32,000 nt of DNA from Desulfobulbus propionicus DSM 2032 (GTDB taxonomy: Bacteria > Desulfobacterota > Desulfobulbia > Desulfobulbales > Desulfobulbaceae). The first letter of the stretch is position 1. Each line of letters opens with the position of its first letter. The notes beneath the pieces were generated by a model. The model was not told the origin of the DNA and made no database searches. It was given only the letters and a program-made list of their open reading frames with translations. The stretch spans positions 3,300,001 through 3,332,000 of the forward strand of contig NC_014972.1 in NCBI RefSeq assembly GCF_000186885.1. The letters are read 5' to 3'. The position numbers were made by a program, and so were the translations under genes. This document shows, piece by piece, positions 27,218 through 32,000 of this stretch.

Positions 27218-27475
27218 ATGATCAAGCTCACCCGTCTCAATGGGAGTGAACTCTATCTCAATCAGGATCTGATCAAGAGCATCGAAGAAAAGCCCGATAC
27301 CACCATCGAGCTGATCAACGGCGATCGGATTCTGGTGCGTGAACAGCCGGACGAAATCATTGACCGCATCATCGCCTTTCGCCTCCGGATTGTCCGGCTG
27401 GCCGGCGGCGATGCACAGACAACGCAATCCAACGTTAAAAGCACGAACTCTTTCTCCTTCTTTCCCTATTTTTAG
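27218..27475 (+). CDS. flbD: FlbD-family flagellar protein
   Basis: MIKLTRLNGSELYLNQDLIKSIEEKPDTTIELINGDRILVREQPDEIIDRI is a typical FlbD signature, followed by motA/motB. Confidence 0.88.
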   Translation: MIKLTRLNGSELYLNQDLIKSIEEKPDTTIELINGDRILVREQPDEIIDRIIAFRLRIVRLAGGDAQTTQSNVKSTNSFSFFPYF

Positions 27476-27638
27476 CAATCAATATTTTGAAATTATTGCT
27501 TATTTATTTTTTACGGCAAAATTCACTGTCCCCCGCTTTTTTCCTTTCTAATCTTTCGCCATCCCCATACAATATGCTCCTCTGGCTCTCCTGCGAAAAA
27601 CAGGTGACCATCCGTTTCCCCTCGGCTCAAGCAATTCT

Positions 27639-28424
27639 ATGGATATCGCAACCCTCATTGGCCTTGTTCTGGGCCTGGGTGCCGTCGTCGGCGGCGCCGC
27701 CCTGGAAGGCCTGCATCTCAATGCCCTGGTGCAGCCGACCGCAGCCCTGATCGTACTCGGCGGCACCTTTGGCGCCGCCTTTGTCAGTTTTCCCCTGCCC
27801 ACGGTGCTCAGAGCCTTCAAGGATGTCAAAAAACTCCTCGCTGGTTCGCCCAAGAACGACGACATCATCGCCGACATCTGCGCGTTCGCCGCCAAGGCCC
27901 GGAAAAACGGCATCATCGCCCTGGAGCAGGATGCCAAGAGCCACAAGGATCGGTTCATGAAAAAGGCCATTTCCCTGTCGGTCGACGGGATCGATCCCAA
28001 GGAGATCAGGGAGCTGCTGGAGATCGATATGAGCGCAACCGAAGAGCAGGCCAAGATGAGCGCCGAATTTTTCGAGGCCGCCGGCGGGTATGCCCCAACC
28101 ATCGGCATCATCGGCGCGGTACTCGGCCTGATTCACGTCATGAGCAACCTCTCCGACACGTCCAAGCTCGGCGCCGGTATCGCCGTGGCCTTCGTGGCCA
28201 CCATTTACGGCCTGATCACCGCCAACATCCTCTGCCTGCCGGCGGCGACCAAGATCAAGCTGCGCATCAAGGATGAAATGGTGCGCAAGGAGATGATCAT
28301 CGCCGGGGTCGTGGCCATCCAGAATGGCGAAAACCCGCGCTTCATTGAGGAACGGTTGCGTTCCTACCTGGGCGGAGAAGGCGACGACAAACCGAGCGCG
28401 GTCGCCGAAGAGGAGGCAAAGTAA
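27639..28424 (+). CDS. motA: Flagellar motor stator protein MotA
   Basis: MDIATLIGLVLGLGAVVGGAALEG, GGTFGAAFVSFP, EFFEAAGGYAPTIGIIGAVLGLIHVMSNL, GIAVAFVATIYGLITANILCLPAATKIK. Confidence 0.94.
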   Translation: MDIATLIGLVLGLGAVVGGAALEGLHLNALVQPTAALIVLGGTFGAAFVSFPLPTVLRAFKDVKKLLAGSPKNDDIIADICAFAAKARKNGIIALEQDAKSHKDRFMKKAISLSVDGIDPKEIRELLEIDMSATEEQAKMSAEFFEAAGGYAPTIGIIGAVLGLIHVMSNLSDTSKLGAGIAVAFVATIYGLITANILCLPAATKIKLRIKDEMVRKEMIIAGVVAIQNGENPRFIEERLRSYLGGEGDDKPSAVAEEEAK

Positions 28425-29202
28425 ATGGCGCGAAAAAAAGCACCGGAAAAACCACCCAATCATGAACGGTGGCTGGTGTCCTACGGCAACTTCATCACCC
28501 TGCTGTTCGCGGTGTTCGTCACCTTGTACGCCATGTCGCAGGTCGACAAGAAGAAAGTCGAGGAGGTGGCCGATTCCTATCGCAACGCCTTCGGCATCAG
28601 CACCGGTATCCAAGCCGGCAAACCGGCCGTCCTGCCCACCACGGACATGGCCCCCATCCCAAGCGTGCAGCCGCAGCCTCCTCCACCCGCCGGATCGTCG
28701 GGACAAGCTGGCAACAGTGGCAAAGTCCGGGCCACCCATCGCGAATTCAAGCACCTGCTGGTAACCCTCGAAAAGTATCTCGGTGACCACCCGCGGGCTG
28801 GTCATCAGTCTCCGGGAGGCAGGCTTTTTCGATTCGGGCAGCGCCGGGATCAAGCCCGCCGCTTTTGCGCTCCTGGCGGAAATCGCCCGGATTCTGCAAC
28901 CGTTTGCCAATCCGCTCAGCTTCGAGGGACACACCGACAACCAACCGATCCGCTCTCCGGCCTTTCCGTCCAACTGGGAGCTGTCCTCGGCCCGGGCCAC
29001 CAGTCTGGCCCGCTATTTCATCGAGCGACAGGGGTTCGCCCCTGAGAAACTGTCGGTGACCGGCTACGGCGAATACCGCCCCGTCACCACCAACGACACG
29101 GAAGCAGGACGGGCGATGAACCGCCGGGTGGATATTGTTCTGTTGGAGATGACCAGCGGGGACAAGGAGATACCTGCGCTGGACAGACGGCCTCCGTTTT
29201 GA
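28425..29202 (+). pseudogene. motB: motB-like stator gene with disrupted frame (28425..~28785 in one frame, OmpA-like part 28783..29202 in another)
   Basis: N-terminal NHERWLVSYGNFITLLFAVFVTLYAMSQVD in frame 0; OmpA/MotB domain TTRGLVISLREAGFFDSGSAGIKPAAFALL...FEGHTDNQPIRSPAFPSNWELSSARATSLARYFIERQG in the +1 frame, with an in-frame stop upstream at 28762 limiting the switch region. Could be a sequencing error. Confidence 0.75.
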
Positions 29203-29300
29203 CGGAGGCAAAAATGCGCGGCCGGCTTAGCAGGTATCGCTCGCGGCATGATGCGGGCAACAGTGCGGGGACCGTGTTGCTGTCAAAAAAATTTGCCAGA

Positions 29301-29425
29301 CATTGCTGAATTCCGCGGCAAACGGAAGCGGGGGAACCAATTTGTTGGGGCGAATCGCGCACTGCGCGTAAGGCATCTCTCAGCCTGAGTCCGTCAGCTC
29401 ACCTCGCAAGCGCAATGAGAGCCTC
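29301..29425 (+). promoter_or_regulatory. c-di-AMP riboswitch (ydaO/yuaA class) in the kup leader
   Basis: P1 CATTGC (29301-29306) / GCAATG (29412-29417); conserved blocks GAAGCGGGGGAACCAA, TTGGGGCGAATC, CCTGAGTCCGTCAGCTCACCTCGCAAGCG...GAGAG; lies immediately 5' of a K+ transporter gene. Confidence 0.9.
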
Positions 29426-29476
29426 CGGTCAGCGTCCAGGGGCTTGCACAACAGGAACCAGGAGGTCCGTCATCCC

Positions 29477-31399
29477 ATGCCCCGTACTGCGCACTCGACA
29501 ACCGTCTCCCAGACCGACAACAATCACCATCCCCAGCAGGCGCCGCTCGCCTCCCTGGCTCTGGCCGCCCTTGGCGTCATCTACGGGGACATCGGCACCA
29601 GTCCCCTGTACACCATCAAGGAATGCTTTTCCGGCAGCCACGGCGTGGAACCCACCACCGCCAACATTCTCGGCATCCTGTCGCTGGTGTTCTGGTCGCT
29701 GATGGTCGTGATCAGCCTCAAGTACGTCATTTTCGTGCTTCGGGCCGACAACAAGGGCGAGGGCGGCACCTTTTCCCTGCTGGCCGCCTTGCGCACGCCG
29801 CTGGGGCAACGCAAACGCTGGTGGGCGGTCCTGGCGGTGCTCGCCGCGGCCGGCGCCTCGCTGCTGTACGGTGACGGCGTCATCACCCCGGCCATCTCCG
29901 TGCTCTCGGCCATGGAGGGGCTCACCATGGCCACCGACGCCGCCGCCCCCTACGTGGTGCCGCTCACCTGCCTCATCCTGTTGGCCCTGTTCTGCGCCCA
30001 ACGGTACGGCACGGCGGTGATCGGCAAGGTCTTCGGCCCCATCATGATCCTCTGGTTCGGCAGCCTCGGCGCACTCGGCCTGATCGCCATCTTCCGCCAG
30101 CCCGATGTGCTCTTGGCCCTCAACCCGGTCTATGCCTATGAGTATTTTGCCATACACCGGATGCACGGATTCATCTCCCTGGCCTCGGTGGTGCTGTGCA
30201 TCACCGGCGGCGAAGCCCTCTACGCCGACATGGGCCATTTCGGCCGCCTACCCATCCGGATCACCTGGTGCGGCATCGTCCTGCCCGGCCTGGTGCTCAA
30301 CTATTACGGCCAAGGGGCGTTGCTGCTCCACGATCCCGCTATCGCCGAGGTCAATCCCTTTTACGCCCTGGCGCCGAAAGCGGTGCTCTATCCCCTGGTC
30401 GGCCTGGCCACGGTGGCGGCGGTCATCGCCTCCCAAGCCATGATCTCGGGCGTCTATTCACTCACCCAGCAGGCGATGCAACTGGGGTTCACCCCACGCA
30501 TGCGCATCATCCATACCTCGGAGCAAGCCAGGGGACAGATCTACATTCCCACCGTGAACTGGTTGGTGATGCTCGCCTGCCTGACCCTGGTGCTGACATT
30601 CAAGGAATCGTCCCGGCTGGCCGCCGCCTACGGGTTCGCGGTCACCGCCACCATGACCATTACCTCGATCATGTATTTCCACATTCTTCGCTTCCGTTGG
30701 CACTGGACACTGTGGCGGAGCGTCGCCCTGGTCGGGCTGTTTCTCCTTTTCGATTCCTCGTTCCTGGGGGCCAATATCCTCAAGATCAAGGATGGCGGCT
30801 GGATCACCGTCTGCATCGCCTCCCTGGTCTTGGTATCGATGATCACCTGGCGCGACGGCCGCATCCTGCTGGCCAAGCACTATGCACTGATGCGCTTGCC
30901 CACCGATGTCTTTCTCAAGGATTTGGCCGAATACAGTCCACAGCGAACCGCGGGCACGGCCGTGTTCATGTCGATCACCCCCGAGGGCATTCCCCATACC
31001 CTGCTGCACCATCTCAAGCACAACGAGGCCCTGCACGAACGGGTGCTGCTCCTGTCCATTCTTTCGGCGGAGACACCCAAGATAGCGGCGAGCGAACGGG
31101 TACAGGTGGAGGCGCTGGGGCAGGGATTCTATCGGGTCAAGGCCCAATACGGGTTCATGGAGTCGCCGAACATGCCGGAGATTCTCGATCTGGTAAGCCG
31201 AAAAGGGGTAGCGATCGATATCTATACCACCTCGTTCTTCCTGGGACGTGAAACCCTGTTTGCCACCGGACCGGCGCCCATGGCCCAATGGCGCAAAAAG
31301 CTGTTCATCTTCATGTCGCGCAACGCCTGGAACGCCACCTCGTTCTTCAAGCTGCCGCCGGATCGGGTGGTGGAGTTGGGGACACAGGTGGAGCTGTAG
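29477..31399 (+). CDS. kup: Kup-family potassium uptake protein
   Basis: LALAALGVIYGDIGTSPLYTIKECF, LKYVIFVLRADNKGEGGTFSLLAALR, GAALLYGDGVITPAISVLSAMEGL (GASLLYGDGVITPAISVLSAMEGL), GGEALYADMGHFGRLPIRI; ATG 29477 preceded by AGGAGG. Confidence 0.96.
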   Translation: MPRTAHSTTVSQTDNNHHPQQAPLASLALAALGVIYGDIGTSPLYTIKECFSGSHGVEPTTANILGILSLVFWSLMVVISLKYVIFVLRADNKGEGGTFSLLAALRTPLGQRKRWWAVLAVLAAAGASLLYGDGVITPAISVLSAMEGLTMATDAAAPYVVPLTCLILLALFCAQRYGTAVIGKVFGPIMILWFGSLGALGLIAIFRQPDVLLALNPVYAYEYFAIHRMHGFISLASVVLCITGGEALYADMGHFGRLPIRITWCGIVLPGLVLNYYGQGALLLHDPAIAEVNPFYALAPKAVLYPLVGLATVAAVIASQAMISGVYSLTQQAMQLGFTPRMRIIHTSEQARGQIYIPTVNWLVMLACLTLVLTFKESSRLAAAYGFAVTATMTITSIMYFHILRFRWHWTLWRSVALVGLFLLFDSSFLGANILKIKDGGWITVCIASLVLVSMITWRDGRILLAKHYALMRLPTDVFLKDLAEYSPQRTAGTAVFMSITPEGIPHTLLHHLKHNEALHERVLLLSILSAETPKIAASERVQVEALGQGFYRVKAQYGFMESPNMPEILDLVSRKGVAIDIYTTSFFLGRETLFATGPAPMAQWRKKLFIFMSRNAWNATSFFKLPPDRVVELGTQVEL

Positions 31400-31411
31400 G
31401 GACCGTCCGGT

Positions 31412-32000
<589 letters not shown>

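Noticed and set aside
25841-27478. 545-aa minus-strand ORF opposite the biotin carboxylase gene
   Set aside because: Antisense shadow of a CDS with unambiguous ATP-grasp and biotinyl motifs.
27474-27500. AGCAAT ... ATTGCT inverted repeat before motA, resembling the 11.9 kb dyad
   Set aside because: Half-sites are shorter (6 bp), spacing differs (15 versus 18 between GCAAT and ATTGC cores) and it overlaps the end of flbD in AT-rich DNA; insufficient to claim a shared operator.
27627-29000. 457-aa minus-strand ORF opposite motA/motB
   Set aside because: Antisense to MotA and MotB coding signal; no protein-like motifs.
30196-31251. 351-aa alternate-frame ORF inside kup
   Set aside because: Out-of-frame shadow of Kup motifs.

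Overview
The window is GC-rich and looks like an anaerobic deltaproteobacterial / Desulfobulbales-type chromosome (taxon inferred from gene content only). Its left ~18.6 kb is one dense, same-strand signalling array. It holds three Cache-type sensor histidine kinases (the first truncated by the window edge), four stand-alone REC-only response regulators, and three divergent paralogs (844-877 aa) of a PPDK/PEP-synthase-like protein. These paralogs have an ATP-grasp (PPDK_N) domain and a swivelling phospho-His domain, but a non-canonical C-terminus where the PEP/pyruvate TIM barrel should be. The array also encodes a small secreted Cache protein, a predicted 29-aa membrane peptide, an HTH plus pseudo-receiver protein, and a TauE/SafE-type permease with a 2-TM partner. 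I consider this the best candidate for an undescribed system, possibly an ATP-driven His-phosphotransfer enzyme family embedded in a multi-kinase phosphorelay; the function is inference. The right part is mostly ordinary: a lipoprotein, YheT-like hydrolase, DsrE-like protein, CBS protein, Na+-pump decarboxylase gamma/beta subunits, acyl-CoA carboxylase beta/alpha subunits, FlbD, MotA, a frame-disrupted MotB with Asn at the normally invariant Asp position, Kup behind a convincing c-di-AMP (ydaO/yuaA) riboswitch, and a partial GltD-like oxidoreductase.
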